DNA from: Isurus oxyrinchus
Taxonomy: Eukaryota
Reading direction: 5' to 3'
NCBI GenBank assembly: GCA_026770705.1
Contig: JANJGN010000010.1
Span: 154,814,001-154,878,000, forward strand
DNA length: 64,000 nt
The stretch's first letter is position 1. Each line of letters opens with the position of its first letter. Below, one piece after another: positions 24,035-37,745 of the stretch. A program made the translations under genes and the position numbers. The notes under the pieces were generated by a model. It had not been told where the DNA came from, did not search any database, and worked only from the letters and a program-made list of their open reading frames with translations.

Positions 24035-24245
24035 TGTGGATTTCTCTTCCCCAGAAAGTAGTGGAGGCTGGGTCTTTAAATTTACCCAAGGTTGAGTTAG
24101 ATAGATAAGGGAGTCAAGAGTTATGGTGGGAAGTCAGGAAAGTGGAGTTGAGGCCACAACCAGATCAGCCATGATCTTACTGAATGGTGGAGCAGGCTTA
24201 AAGGGTCAAATAGCCTATTCCTGCTCCTAGGTTCTATGTTCCTAC
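24035..24245 (+). mobile_element. CR1 3' end fragment
   Basis: …gatcagccatgatcttactgaatggtggagcaggc…cctgctcctaggttctatgttcc. Similar fragment at ~27760-28045. Confidence 0.8.
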
Positions 24246-24316
24246 TCTAGAGAGTCTGAGGTCCTGCAGTTACGAAAAGGGGGATGTTTGGGTTTTGAAA
24301 TACAACAGTACTACAT

Positions 24317-24538
24317 GTTTTAAGATAAAAGCAAAATACTGCGGATGCTGGAAATCTGAAATAAAAGCAGAAAATGCTGGAAAAACTCAGCAGGTCGAAA
24401 AGCATCTGTGGAGACAGAAATAGCTTTAATGTTTCAAGTCCGTATGGCTTGAAATGTTAACTCTGTTTCTCTCTCCACACATGCTATCAGGCCTGTTGTG
24501 TTTTTAGAACATTTTCTGTTTTTGTTACCTATTATATT
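24317..24538. repeat. Palindromic Penelope-terminus mini-element inserted in the Gypsy 5' LTR
   Basis: 10-bp TSD AGTACTACAT (24307-16 and 24539-48); absent from the 3' LTR; arms fold back around gtttcaagtc-cgtat-ggcttgaaat. Confidence 0.85.
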
Positions 24539-25589
24539 AGTACTACATATCCTATCTGGCTTACTGTGGTCACGTGACCTCTGCCATGACGGAAGCTCTG
24601 TAAGCTGCCATCTTACAGTCAGTTCAATAAAAACTCTCACTGAGAAAGCACTGCAATCACTGAACATGAAACATGTCAAGAAGTGGAGATAAAATAAGAG
24701 TTTTGAAATCCTGGAAATGCTGCAGAGTAGACAGCCCAGAAAAGCACAAAGAAATGTTCAAATATGCTAATAGCTGCTGAGAAAGGGCAAGGAAAAGAAA
24801 AAACAAACCAAAGGCTACTAGTTAATACTGGTGAGTTAACATGGCTGTCAACTTTCTACTCCCAGCTCTGGCAGAAATGAAAGGTGAAATATGACAGAAC
24901 TGGCAGTTTTTCCACTTGTAGTGGCAAAACTAAGAGTTGGCAACAGGTTTAATTTACAAGCTGGAGGCAGTAAGAGTAGCCACACTTCTAACACTGCTGG
25001 GGAGGGATTGCTACAAATTATAATCCACCCTAAATCTAACCGACAAACAAAGGAAACAGATGACAGAGACTTTGAAAGCCTTGAACATACATTTTGAACC
25101 CCGAGTGAATACTACTCATAAATGCTATGTATTCAACACTTGAGCTCAAGGTGCAAACGAGCCCACTGAACAGTATAAGTTTGCAGTAACACAGCTTGCA
25201 GAATCATGTGAATTCGGGCAGCTAAAAAATGATCTGATTAAAGATCGAATAGTCTTAGGCCTACGAGACCCCTCAGTGGGACCAAGTCTATTGAAAGAGG
25301 AGAAATTTATGCTCAGGAAAGCAACAGGCATATGTAGAGATGTGTAACTTGCAAAAGGTCAGTTATAGCACATGCAAGGCAGAGCAGACCAGGAGATACA
25401 TCATGTTGAGAGACATAACATGCCAAAAGAGCAGAACAATTGCAGACAAATGGCAGGATGCAAATACTGTAGAAAAAATCATACAAAGGAAAAGAAGGAT
25501 TGCCCAGCGTGGGGAAAGCAGTGTTTTAATTGCAAGAAGTGAATAATTTTGCATGTGTTTGGCTAGAAAGAAGCAAACAAGCCACTGGG

Positions 25590-25705
25590 GAGAGTGATCG
25601 GCACCCTATCCACAAACATTCATTCCTTCCACCACTGTCGCACAGTGGCAGCAGTGTGTACCATCTACAAGATGCACTGCAGGAACTCACCAAGATTCCT
25701 TAGAC
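25590..25705 (+). mobile_element. LINE fragment (8072-9227 family) at the Gypsy internal deletion
   Basis: caaacattcattccttccaccactgtcgcacagtggcagcagtgtgtaccatctacaagatgcactgc matches ~8820-8910. Confidence 0.75.
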
Positions 25706-28074
25706 TTGTGAGCATTTTCATCAATTGCTTGGGAGAGACAAACTAATAGTGGAGTCCGACCACAAGCCACTTCAAAGCATTTTTCTTAAACTGCTACTAT
25801 CTGCTCCAAAGCGTCTGCAAAGAACGTTAATTCGGTTACAGGGATATCATCTGGACATGACATACAAGCAAGGGAAACAGATGTACATCGCAGACATGCT
25901 GTTGAGAGCAGCACTCCCCATGAAGAAAGCTGAGGATGCTAAACCAGAATATGAAATCTTCCTGATTCAAGGTGAAGCAGCTGCTCGACATGATCTGGAA
26001 GTCATCAACCCAGCAGAGACATTGAAACTGACAGACAAGCGCCTTGCTCAAGTCAAGCGATATACTCAACACAATGCAACTCTCCAGGCACTACAAGAAT
26101 TAGTGATGGAAGGATCGCCTGAGAGCACCGAGGACACACCTGTGGTCATGAAAGCAGATTGGGCATACCGAGATGAATTAACAGCCCAAGATGGCACCTT
26201 GAACAAAAGAAACGGAGTCATCATCCCTAAGGAGATGAGAGATGCTGAAGCGCGCTGTTGCACGCCATCAAGGAATTAAATTGAGCCCGAGAAAGGCAAG
26301 AAAAGTGCTCTACTGGCCAAACATGAGCAATGAAATTAAAGACCACATAGGTTGGTATGCTACACACACACTGCACTAAGTTAAACAAGCTAGAGAACCA
26401 CTGATGATGCATGACATCCCAGACAGACCATTGATGAAGCTGGGAGGAGACCTCTTCACTCTAGCAGGAAGTGATTATCTTATCACTGTCGACTACTATT
26501 CTGACTATTGGGAATTAGATCCAGTAAAAATAGTAGAATGCCTGAAAGCACATTTTAGCCGTGACGACATTCCAGACATTGTGATGAGTGACAATGGCCC
26601 TCAACGCATGAGCAAAGAATTCAGCCAATTCATGAACGATTGGGAAATTCAACATTACACATCATCTCCGTACTATCCCCAGTCGAATGGAAAGGCCTAG
26701 GCGACAGTAAAAATCGCCAAAGGAATCATCAACAAATTGAGCAAGTCTAGCACAGGTGTAGACAAGGCAATCCTCGAGCAGAGAAACACACCAGCTGAAG
26801 GCATGGATAGTAGTCCAGTCCAAAGACTAATGTCATGCTACACACAAACTATTCTTACAAAAGCGAAAAAGCTACTGAAACCAGAAGTGGTAGCACCTGC
26901 AAGTGAAAAAATCAAAGGGAAATGACAGAAAGCCAAAGAGTATTTTGACAAGACTGAAAAACCATTGCCAGAGCTGAGCATTGGAGAGCCAGTCAGGGTA
27001 TAAGCCTTCAACGCTCTCAACAGGAGTCAGCCCACATGGAAACTTGGGACACGCATACAGAAATTGTCACGTCAATCGTATGCAGTGGAGGTGAACAAGG
27101 TGAATGCAAGCATATACAAATGACTAGTAAAGTTGTTCCTTCACTGCAGCTGGCCGGTCAGGAAGATGGGATCTCACCAGCTGTACAAATTACAAAATGA
27201 CCATCACTCCCACAGGTCCAATTGTCCCCAACATCGGAAATGGAACAACAGGTACCAAGGCAACACGTGCCATGAGAACAATATTCTCCAGACAAGGAAC
27301 ATCAGCCAGACAAACAGCCAATGACAATGTGCACGCATACCACTAAGAGACCTGATGATTTATAAACTATGTATGCAATGCAAGTGCAGAGGCTGACTAT
27401 TAGAACAAACAGTTGTTAGTGCACGAGAACAGTGGGTGTATAGTGGGTAATTTGAGTAAATCACAGTTACACATGAACATGCATGCAAATCTGTCTTCTG
27501 TTTGTTAGAAAAAAGGGACTGTTTGGATCTTTTGTTTGTTATGAAAAGGGGGTGTTTGGGTTTTGAAATGCATCAGTACTACATGTCCTATCTGGCTTGC
27601 TGTAGTCATGTGACCTCTGCCATGAGGAAAACTCTAAGCTGCCATCTTACAGTCAATTCAATAAAGACCCCTACAAAGCACTGCAATCACTGAACACGAA
27701 ACATAGGCCCTACGTTCCTACTTGGGATAGTCTTAAGTTCTGCAGTTTATGCAGGATGAGGGCCAATCATTTTAGACTGAGATGGGGAGAAATTACATTG
27801 CTCAAAGGGTTGTGAATCCTTAGAATTTCTCTACCCCAGAGGGTTGTGGATTCTGCATCATTGAATACATTTAAGGCTAAGATAGATAGATAGATTGTTG
27901 ATCTCTCAGGGAATTAAGAGATATGGGTAGCAGGCAGGAAAATGGAGTTGAAGCCCAAGATCAGCCATGATCACATTGAATGGCGAAGCAGGCTCAACAG
28001 GCCATGTGGTCTACTTCTGATCCTATTTTTTGTGTTCTTCTGTTATGCTGTGAACAGAAATTCTTGATTTATTT

Positions 28075-29040
28075 GAAACATAAAATACTGCAGATGCTGG
28101 AAATCTGAAGTAAAATCAGAAAGTTCTGGAAACACACAGCATATGTGGAGAGAGAAAAACGGAGTTAATGTTTCAGAGTGACTATGATGTAACAGGTTTA
28201 ATGCAAGTAAATACATGGGCAGGGAAAGGTGGGGTGGAGTGGAAGAACAAAAAAAGAGAAGGTCTGTGATAGTGTTGAGAATAGAAGAGATTGAAGAGAT
28301 TATGGTGTTAAGGCAAAAGGAGATGTTAATGAGACAAGTAAAGAAACAAAAGTTTTGTGCTAGAGGAGGTGTAAATGGGAATGCAGAATCGTCTAAAAAT
28401 TTGGGGCGGAGATTATATTCTTAAATTCAATGTTGAATCCAGAAGGCAATAAAGTGCCTAATTTAAAGATGAAGTCCTGTTCCCTGAGCTTATGTTGGGC
28501 TTCACTGGAACAGTGTAGAAGTGGATTCAAAGTGGGAGGAGAATCAAAAGCTACCAGAAGCTCAATGTCACACTTGCAGAATGAATGGAGGCATTTTGTA
28601 AAGCGGTCACCCTACCTGCATTTGATCTCTTTAGTGTAGAGGGGGCTGCATCATGAGTAGTCAATTCAGTATACTCAATTGAAAATAAAAGTAAATCGCT
28701 GTTTGGAAGGAGTGTTTGGGGGTCCTGGATAGGGGGAGGGGAGGAGGAAAGGACAGGTGTTGCATCTCCTGCACTTGCATAGGAAAGTGCTGTGGGAAGG
28801 GATGGGGGAGTTGGGGATGAGTGAGGAGTGGAATAGGGTCTTGCAAAGGGTACAGCCCCTTTGGAAAGCCAAAAATGGAAGGGGAAGATGTGTTTGGTGG
28901 TGGCATCACCATGGAGATGGTGGAAATGCCGGAGGATGATCCATTGAATGTGGAGGCAGGTAAGGCAGAAGGTGAGGACAAGGACAAGGCGAGCCCAAAA
29001 GTGGAAACATGAGACTGGACACATGGGTGAGTCACAGTGC
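28075..29040 (-). mobile_element. Older Penelope-like fragment (GIY-YIG region and 3' end)
   Basis: HIQWIILRHF…DATTKHIFP, CKCRRCNTCPF, and terminus aaaatactgcagatgctggaaatctgaa. Confidence 0.8.
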
Positions 29041-29660
29041 GAGAGCTGGGGTTGGGGGAGGGGCCAACAGCATGAATTACAACACGCAGTAGGTGAGGCA
29101 GGGTAAGCATGAGTTGGGTGGAGCTGGTGGGTGCAAACGTGAACAAGAGAGGTAAAGTGAGAGACCTGACCAAGGGTCCATAACCTGAAATATCTGTGTA
29201 TTCACTCACCAGACCTACCTAATCTGGAGGTTTCTAGCCTTTATCTGTTTTTGTTCTATTCGAAGAGGCTTTGTTTATCAAGTTGAACATTATTTACCTG
29301 CTATAGACTAGAATAGTTTGGCAGTACCACCCACTGACAATACGCTGCAATAAAGCTTTAGCAGCAGTCAGCTCAGCATTGAAGTCAGGCTGCATGAGAC
29401 CTCCTGCATTCTCACATTCTACGTCACTTATGGATGCAATGGTGTTCTGAATGGGAATATCCCAACCTTACCCAGTGCCTATATTCAAACAGGTATGTGG
29501 AATGATCATAATGGAACTGCAAAACAATTACACAAGCTTCATTTGTTAACTTGAGGATTTTCCTGTCTAGTGAAGGGAAATTATTGCATATACTATCCAA
29601 CATTATAGGTAACTGGCCTGTCGATAACTGAAATTGGCTAATGATCAAGAGTTCTTAAAT

Positions 29661-31023
29661 CTGGAGTTCCCAAATTGTGGGTCATGCTCTCCAGTGGGGT
29701 TGCAGAGATCGCATTTGGGGTCACGAGCTCCCCCTCCTCTGAGGCAGCAATGGTGACTATGGAGAGGAGACTGCCCATCCTGGAAACTCTGGCTGGGTAG
29801 CCTTGGATTCTCTGGAATTTCAAAAAAATTAACTCATGGGATGTGGACGTCGCTGGTTAAGCCAGCATTTACTGCCCACCTCCAATTGCCCTGGAGAAGG
29901 TGGTGGTGAGCTGCCTTCTTGAACTGCTGCAGTCCATGTGGTGTAGGTACATCCACAACGCTATTAAGGAGGGAGTTTCAGGATTTTGACCCAGTGACTG
30001 TGAAGGAACGGTGATATGTTTCCAATTCAGGATGGTGAGTGGCTTGGAGGGGAACTTCCAGGTGGTGGTGTTCCCATATCTGCTGCCCTTGTCCTAGATG
30101 GTAGCAGTCGTGGGTTTGGAAGGTGTTGCCTAAGGAGCCTTGGTGAGTTCCTGCAGTGTAACTTGTAGATGGTACACACTGCTGCCACTGCGTCAGTGGT
30201 GGAGGGAATGAATGTTTGTGGAAGGGGTGCCAATCAAATGGGCTGCTTTGTCCTGGATGATGTCAAGCTTCTTGAGCGTTGTTGGAGCTGCACTCATCCA
30301 GGATTGATGCTGCCAAACAGCAAGGGATGGACTGTGAGTCCAAAGCATCTTTGAACATCAGAAATTACTTTTAGTGAAGCATTTGAATGGGTCCCCAATG
30401 TTTGTGTACCAACTTAGTTCAGGTAGAGGCCAGCAAGTGTAACTCAGCAACTGACAGAGTACGGGAAAAAGCAGAAGTCACATGGCTAAGCCGGAAAGAT
30501 GAATGGTGGCTTCAAACTTTACTGTATTTCTGGTCCTGTCTGCCTGTTGTACAGATTCCTTACCCCAGGAAGACAACTCGGCTTCGAAGGCACAGACGAC
30601 CAGACCAAAAGGGGAGAAGGGCATGGTTGGAAAGGGTGGCTGGTGTGTTTGTGTATGGGGAGGATGGGGATTAGGAAGAGTTGTTGCTGAATGAGTGAGT
30701 GAATGGGAGGTAGAGGTTTGGGAAGTGGATCTGCTGGACAAGTGAACAGGCAAGGGTGGGGGGTTTGGGAAGACTGTTACTGGGAACATGCAGAGCTTGG
30801 CAGAAACCTATATGAGTACATTAAATAATGGTATTAAAGTACTTTAAAATACAGATATTCATATTTATATGATGTATTGTATGTTGATATGTAAACTTTA
30901 ATAATTATGTACTGAAAATTACTGTATTGCTTTATTTGCTACTTTTTTTTCTGGCTTCTGGGGTCACGTTAATTTGCAGTTGTTAAAATGGGGTCACATT
31001 GGAAAGTAGTTTGGGAAACACTG
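29661..31023. mobile_element. Non-autonomous hAT (Charlie-like) element with a nested LINE fragment (~29822-30301, -)
   Basis: TIRs CTGGAGTTCCCAAATT / rc CAGTGTTTCCCAAACT; subterminal ggggtcac repeats; 8-bp TSD tcttaaat/ccctaaat (6/8). Confidence 0.7.
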
Positions 31024-33016
31024 CCCTAAATCATGGTCTGGCAAGCTTGATACATAACTGAAGACAGCTACAATACAAATAAAGCAACAGTATATAATTT
31101 CAAAGTTCCATGCCAAGAAAATTCTGATTGAAATCAGGACAGCAGAAAATCAAGGTATAATATTTTTGCAAATAGCAATAAAGATTTGAACTTCCAAAAT
31201 GCAGAGATATTTGCAAATAAAACCAACAAAAACAAGTAAAATAATACAACATTGACCATTAATGCAAAATTGAGTGATTCACTGGAGTAGGTAAGCCAAG
31301 ATGGATATGTAAACAGAAGCAATACACACATCAAGATATATACAGAGAACACACATGGGATAGGGACATATAAGTTTCCAATAAGCCTGTTGCAATTGCC
31401 ATTGGCTACCAGGTAAGATTATATTCACAGAACTTTGAACATCACTGAATGCAGCCAAAACTGAGAAAACAGTAGGAATTGATCCAGTTGAATAACGGTG
31501 ATCTCCTAAGTATGGAAATATGAAAAATATTTCCACATTTCCAACCACACATCTGGTATAAAATCAGTTTCACTCTTAACAGAGCGCACTGTATACACAG
31601 GAGATGCTTAGCGTAACAAGTACTTGCTGTTATAAAGCAAGCAGTTTGAACTGGACTGGTAGGCAGCCATAAAATGATTCAAACAGTAGCTACTGGGCAG
31701 TTGCTTCAATAGTTCTTTCTTGTTCTTAACAGTTCCCTAGGGAATCCAGTTCTGGCTGGGTCGATCAATTGCTGACAGCTTCAAAATTCACAATCAGATT
31801 ATTTCTTTTTGAATCCACTGTAATTCTTCAACAGGGCTTTTTAAATTTTATCTGAGGTCTATTCGATTAAAAAAAAACTTACCTAATTTATATATCTTTC
31901 CAAAAGATTCCTTTAAATTTAAGCAATCCAAATTGAGAGACACAATCTACACACTCAAGTATCCTAGAAGAACTCAGCTGTCAATCTGACTAGTAGAATT
32001 AAACCACTCCCCTTGAAGTAAAACCTTGTTCACTTCTCACATCACGTTAATCAGAATTAAATGAACATGCATTTATATTGCGCATTGAAACCTAAAGTGC
32101 TTTACATACAGTGAGTCGCTGTTACACAAGGAGACACTGCACATGGCACATAGCAATGAGATGAATGGCCAATGAACACGTTTTTTGGTGGTTCTTATTG
32201 AGAAAACATTCACCGCAGAAGCAGGAGAATTTGCATAAACAATATAATGTGAACTCTTCCAAAAAACCTCTTTGTTTTCTCCTTGACTCATTTTGCTGAG
32301 TAAGATGTTAAGCTAAAACAAACACAAGTTATTCAGTTTGAACACCATTGGCGCAATCTGTCCCTCTGCGCAACACTTAACCAAATGAACTGGATCGAAC
32401 AGCGAGTATAATTACTTCACCCTGCCATATATCAGTTTTTGCACTGAATTATCATAATTGAGTTTGACACAACAGTGGAATTAATATGGGATTAGTTATT
32501 TGAATCACTTAAACAGACAGGATTATCCCAAACTGTTTACGATTAATGGCGTCCCCCAAAGTATGTGGCTAGAATTTCCTAACAACTAAGCCACAACCAC
32601 CGGAAAGTTATGGTATTAAGCACTGGCATTGTGAAGCAAATGTTGGGTTTTGTTACAGTTAATTAAAAAATGCTGAAATTGCATTATTTTGGTAAAAGAT
32701 TAAGATTCTGAACATGTGTTATGTAAAACACACAATAAGTAAATCTATTCCTCTTCTCATTTTCATCTTGTACAAATATATTACAAGTAAACTTCCTTTC
32801 CCACACCAGTTATTCAAAGGCGTCGATTTTCATGGGAAGACTGGACAGAGTCTCAGAACACAGGCTCCCAAAAGCCCTGTAAAAACCCCTGAATCCCATG
32901 CAATAAAAAAGTAGCTGGATTTATTCACCACATAGTAGTAGCTCTGTTTATCCTTACCACAAGATTGCCTCTGAAGAAACACCTTGCATTGAAGGTGAAG
33001 TTGTGAACATTACTTA

Positions 33017-33166
<150 letters not shown>

Positions 33167-33955
33167 CTAGAAGGAATACACTACATAAATTTCTACATTT
33201 AAAAAAAAATTATTAACCAAAAGCATTTTAACTAGATCATCTAGTGGAAATATTTGCCTCAATAATTTAGTCAGAATCATTATTTCATCTGTAGGACATT
33301 AAAATGACAGTTGCATTTATATAAGACTTAGCACGTAGAGTGTGTTAAAGTGCTTTGTAATCACATTATTTTTCAAAGTACAGTTACAGCCATATTGTGC
33401 CAGCAATATCCCACAGATAGCAATGGGATGAATCATTAATTAATCCTTTAGATTGAGGGGCAAGTATGGTGGTTAGAACATTTGAGTGAACTCCCGCTCT
33501 ACTTTGGATATTGCCAGGGCATCTTCACCATCCATCTGAACTATCGGAGCAGGTTGATAGGACTTGTTTAATATCTTACTTAAGAAAAAAACTCCTTTGG
33601 AAAACAAAATGCTGCACTTTTTGGAAAGTCAGTCTATATGAGCTCCTACCCAGAGGGGAGAGGGTGCTGTCAACTTGGTCAAGTTTCCAAGATTATTAGA
33701 GAAACATGTGTTGTCATAGGAATACAACTCATTAACACTGCCACAAGAAAACAATGGGCTGATTCCTTGATTTGGCACTCCCTAAAGGAAGGCACCTAGG
33801 AAAATTTCAGACCAAATGTCCAAGGTCCATTCACTGTTAGTGTAGCTCTGTGCTCAAAGCACCAGATCAAAGAATCACCCCACATTGGCTTTTCAATGTT
33901 AACAACATCCAGTAAATCTGTGAAGAGAACCACAGTGTCAAGATTTTGCACCTAC

Positions 33956-34034
33956 TTTACTCATGGCGGTCAGTGCAGGATCGCAGGCTGCATCCAAGTC
34001 CTGAACTAACAACTGGATACTATTAGAAATCACA
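33956..34034 (-). CDS. VPS53: VPS53 internal exon (79 nt)
   Basis: (T)[26 protein letters not shown]. Acceptor tgtgttgcag|T, donor AAA|gtaggt. Confidence 0.96.
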
Positions 34035-34669
34035 CTGCAACACAAAACACAAGACGGGAGAAACTCATTAAACACAATGTAGGAATACATAAAATAAACC
34101 GATCTCCCGTAAATGGAATATTCTGTAGAAATTAAACCAATCATTATTAATATAGATAGTGTGCTTATTAATATAATTTTTCTTTGAAGTTCCAAAAGCA
34201 TAATTTAGCTGTGCATTTATATACAGCTTTAAGGATAAACTTTTCAGCTTCAGGTTTCTAAATATTACAGATTGAGAATTTCAAAGTGTCAGTATTTCAA
34301 AATGTCATTTTACAACTTGCAGCTGCTGGACTCGATGGAAGCACAGTTCCCACTCATAGATTGAGACGGAGGAATTAGCTTCATTGTATAGCGCTCATTG
34401 TACTGGACAGTGCAGTTGGTTGGACAGCAGATGGGGAAGCTGCAGTATTGGGGGCGAATGAGGGCACTGGGGGAGTGAGGGCAGCAGCATTACAGACTAT
34501 CTTGAATTTGGGAACAAAAATGTCTATGGTATCTTGGCAGGTTCAGACAAAGGTGTGGTAGGTGTTCTTGGGAAGCATTTAACAGCATAGAAAGAGTTGT
34601 TCATCTCCTAACTTGCTGGCTTTTTGCCCTCGCACCACATTTTAAGTACAGAATGGGAAAAAACATATT

Positions 34670-34980
34670 TTAAATGAAGTTCCTTGGGCATGTTCTGGCA
34701 TTCAATATATCTTGGCTAATCTGTGCCTCAATTCCATTTAGTCATCTCTTCTTCACATCCCTTGATTCCCTTATCTAACAAAAATAAATCAAGCTCAGTT
34801 CGAAACTTTCAATTGACCTTGTATCTTCAGACTTTTGGGTTTTTTGGGAGAGGGGGTGCAGGGGAGTGGAGGGGAAGAGTTCCAAATGTCCAGCACCCTT
34901 GGCGTGAAAAAATGTTTTGTAATTTCACACCTAACTGGCCTAGCTTAAATTTTAAGATTATGAATCCTTGTTCCATGTCA
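34670..34980 (-). mobile_element. Old CR1 3' fragment
   Basis: cccttgattcccttatctaacaaaaa…gggaagagttcca…; similar to ~46490-46705. Confidence 0.6.
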
Positions 34981-35514
34981 GGATTCCCTTCATTCACAAT
35001 TTTGTGGCAATTAATTCTCTAATCTAGTTTGATGAAATGTTGTGCAATTCTGAAGCTTCCCAAGCTACCTACTGCTTGGCCAATGGAGCAGTACTTCAAT
35101 GCATTAAAACTGTTCTGCTGGGACTGCTTTACTAGCTCAATTTAAAGGTAGGAGAAATTTTATGGGTAATCAAATCAGGATTAATTTATAGATGAATCAC
35201 TGATAAAATTAGATACACATGCAGAGCAGTTATCACAGTGTAATGCAATAAAAGGTGGTTGAACATAGTGTTAATTAACTGGACACAATTTACAGTGTCA
35301 ACAGGATATTCTTACAAGGTGAGCAGAAAATCCTTTGAAAACATGATTTTATTACGCCATGTAACACCAACAAATTAGAGGACAATATACTTTAGAAAAT
35401 CGAAATTACTCCAAAACAGATTCAAAATCTTCTGTAGAGTTTCCCAATGCTTTAAAGCGTGGACTATGACAAATTGCCTTTGCTGACCGAAATATTGCTG
35501 CCACTATCAGCAAA

Positions 35515-37745
35515 TCACAGAATCTCTCTGTGGAGATGAGGCCCTTCGGCCCATCGAGTCTGCACCGACACCTGACCTACCTACCTAATCCCATTTACCA
35601 GCGCTTGGCCCATAGCCTTGAATGTTATGATGTGCCAAGTGCTCATCCAGGTACTTTTTAAAAGGATGTGAGGCAACCCGCCTCCACCACCCTCCCAGGC
35701 AGTGCATTCCAGATCATCACTACCCTCTGGGTAAAAATGTTTTTCTCACATCCCCCCTAAATCTCCTGCCCCTCACCTTGAACTTATGTCTCCTTGTGAC
35801 TGACCCTTCAACTAAGGGAAACAGCTGTTCTCTATCCACCCTGTCCATGCCCCACATAATCTTGTACACCTCGATTAGGTCATCCCTCAGTCTTCTCTGC
35901 TCCAAAGAAAACAACCCAAGTCTATCCAACCTCTCTTCATAACTTAAATGTTTCATCCCAGGTAACATCCTGGTGAATCTCCTCTGCACCCCCTCCAGTG
36001 CAATCACATCCTTCCTATAATGTGGCGACCAGAACTGCACACAGTACTCCAGCTGTGGCCTCACCAAGGTTCAATACAACTCCAAAATCACCTCCCTACT
36101 TTTGTAATCTATGCCTCGATTGATAAAGGCAAGTGTCCCATATGCCTTTTTCACAACCCACTAACATGCCCCTCCGCCTTCAGAGACACACACGCCAAGG
36201 TCCCTTTGTTCCTCAGAACTTCCTAGTGCCATGCCATTCATTGAACACTTCCTTGTCAAATTACTCCTTCCAAAGTGTATCACCTCTCACTTTTCATGGT
36301 TAAATTCCATCTGCCACTTATCTACCCATTTGACCATCCCGTCTATTTTCTTGTAGCCCAAGACACTCAACCTCACTATTAATCACCCGGCCAATCTTTG
36401 TGTCATCCGCAAACTTACTAATCCTACCCCCACATAGTCATCTATGTCGTTTATATAAATGACAAATAATAGGGGACTGAATACAGATCCCTGTGGTATG
36501 CCTGGACACGGGCTTCCAGTCACTAAAGAATCCTTCTGTCATCACCCTCTGTCTCCTACAACTAAGCCAATTTTGAATCCACCTTATCAAATTACCCTGT
36601 ATCCCATATGCATTTGCCTTCTTTACAAGTCTACCATGTGGGACCTTTTCAAAGGCTTTGCTGAAATTCATATAAACTACATCAACTGCGCTACCCTCAT
36701 CTACACACCTGGTCACCTCCTCAAAAAATTCAATCAAATTGGTTAGGCATGACCTCCCTCTGACAAAGCCATGCTGATTATCCCTGATCAAACCTTGCCT
36801 CTCCAAGTGGAGATAGATTTTCTCCTTCAGAATTTTCTCCAATAGTTTCCCTACCACTGACGTGAGACTCACTGGCCTGTAGTTCCCTGGCTTTCCTCTA
36901 CAACCCTTCTTATATAGCGGAACCACTTTAGCTGTTCTCCAGTCCTCTGGCACCTCCCCTGTGGCCAGAGAGGAATAAAAAATTTGGCTCAGAGCCCCTG
37001 TGACCTCCTCCCTTGCCTCCCTCAACAGTCTGGGACACAAATCATTGGACCTGGAGATTTGTCCACTTTTAAGCTTGCCAGCACCTTCAATACCTTGTCA
37101 CTCCCTATATCAATTTGCTTAAGAACCTCGCAGTCTCTCTCCCCGAGTTCAATACCTTTTTCCTCATTCTCTTGGGTGAAGACGCTGGTGAAGTATTCAT
37201 TCAACACTCTAGCGATGTCCTCTGGCTCCACCCCATTGATTGCCCCCTTGGTATCTTATGGGTCCTACTCTTTCCGTGGTTATCCTCTTCCCATTGATAT
37301 ACTTATAGAATATCTTGGGATTTTCCCTACTTTTACCAGCTAGAGCTTTCTCATATCCCCTCTTTGCTCTCCTAATTGCTTTCTTAAGCTCCACCCTGCA
37401 TTTTCTGTACTCCACTAATGCCTCCGTTGATTTGCTTCTCTTGTACCTGCTAAAAGCCTCTCTTTTCCTTCTCATCGTAACCTGAATACCTCTGGTCATC
37501 AATGGTTCTCTGGGCTTGTTACTCCTTCCTTTCACCCTAGAGGGAACATGTTGAGCCTGTACCCTCCCCATTTCCTTTTTGAACATCCCCCACTGCTCCT
37601 CTGTCGATTTCCCCACAAGTAGCTGTTCCCAGTCTATCTTGGCCAGATCCTGCCTTATTTTACTAAAATCCACTCTCCCCCAGTCCAAAACATTTTTTTG
37701 CAACTTGTCTATTTCTTTGTCCATAACAAAGTTGTGGCCGCTATC
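35515..37745 (-). mobile_element. CR1 LINE, 5'-truncated ORF2 pseudogene
   Basis: ORFs 37209-37826, 37022-37231, 36438-37040 and 35720-36067 carry KSPGP, PEDWR, PGNYRPVSLTS, NQHGF and LVRPQLEYCVQFW. Confidence 0.93.

Larger units (their letters stand above)
24285..27703 (+). mobile_element. Degenerate Gypsy LTR retrotransposon (gag remnant, PR-RT deleted, RNase H end + integrase remnant)
   Basis: LTRs TG…CA at 24285-24673 (interrupted) and 27553-27703; PBS-like tgtcaagaagtggagat; PPT gaaaaggggg. Gag DLIKDRIVLGL and zinc knuckle remnants; ESDHKPL…PKRLQR; integrase DLF…VDYYS…SDNGPQ…SSPYYPQSNGKA. Confidence 0.92.

Noticed and set aside
29460-29520. Minus-strand gtaagg donor with a YLF peptide as a possible VPS53 exon
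   Set aside because: The translation does not match VPS53; chance donor-like motif.
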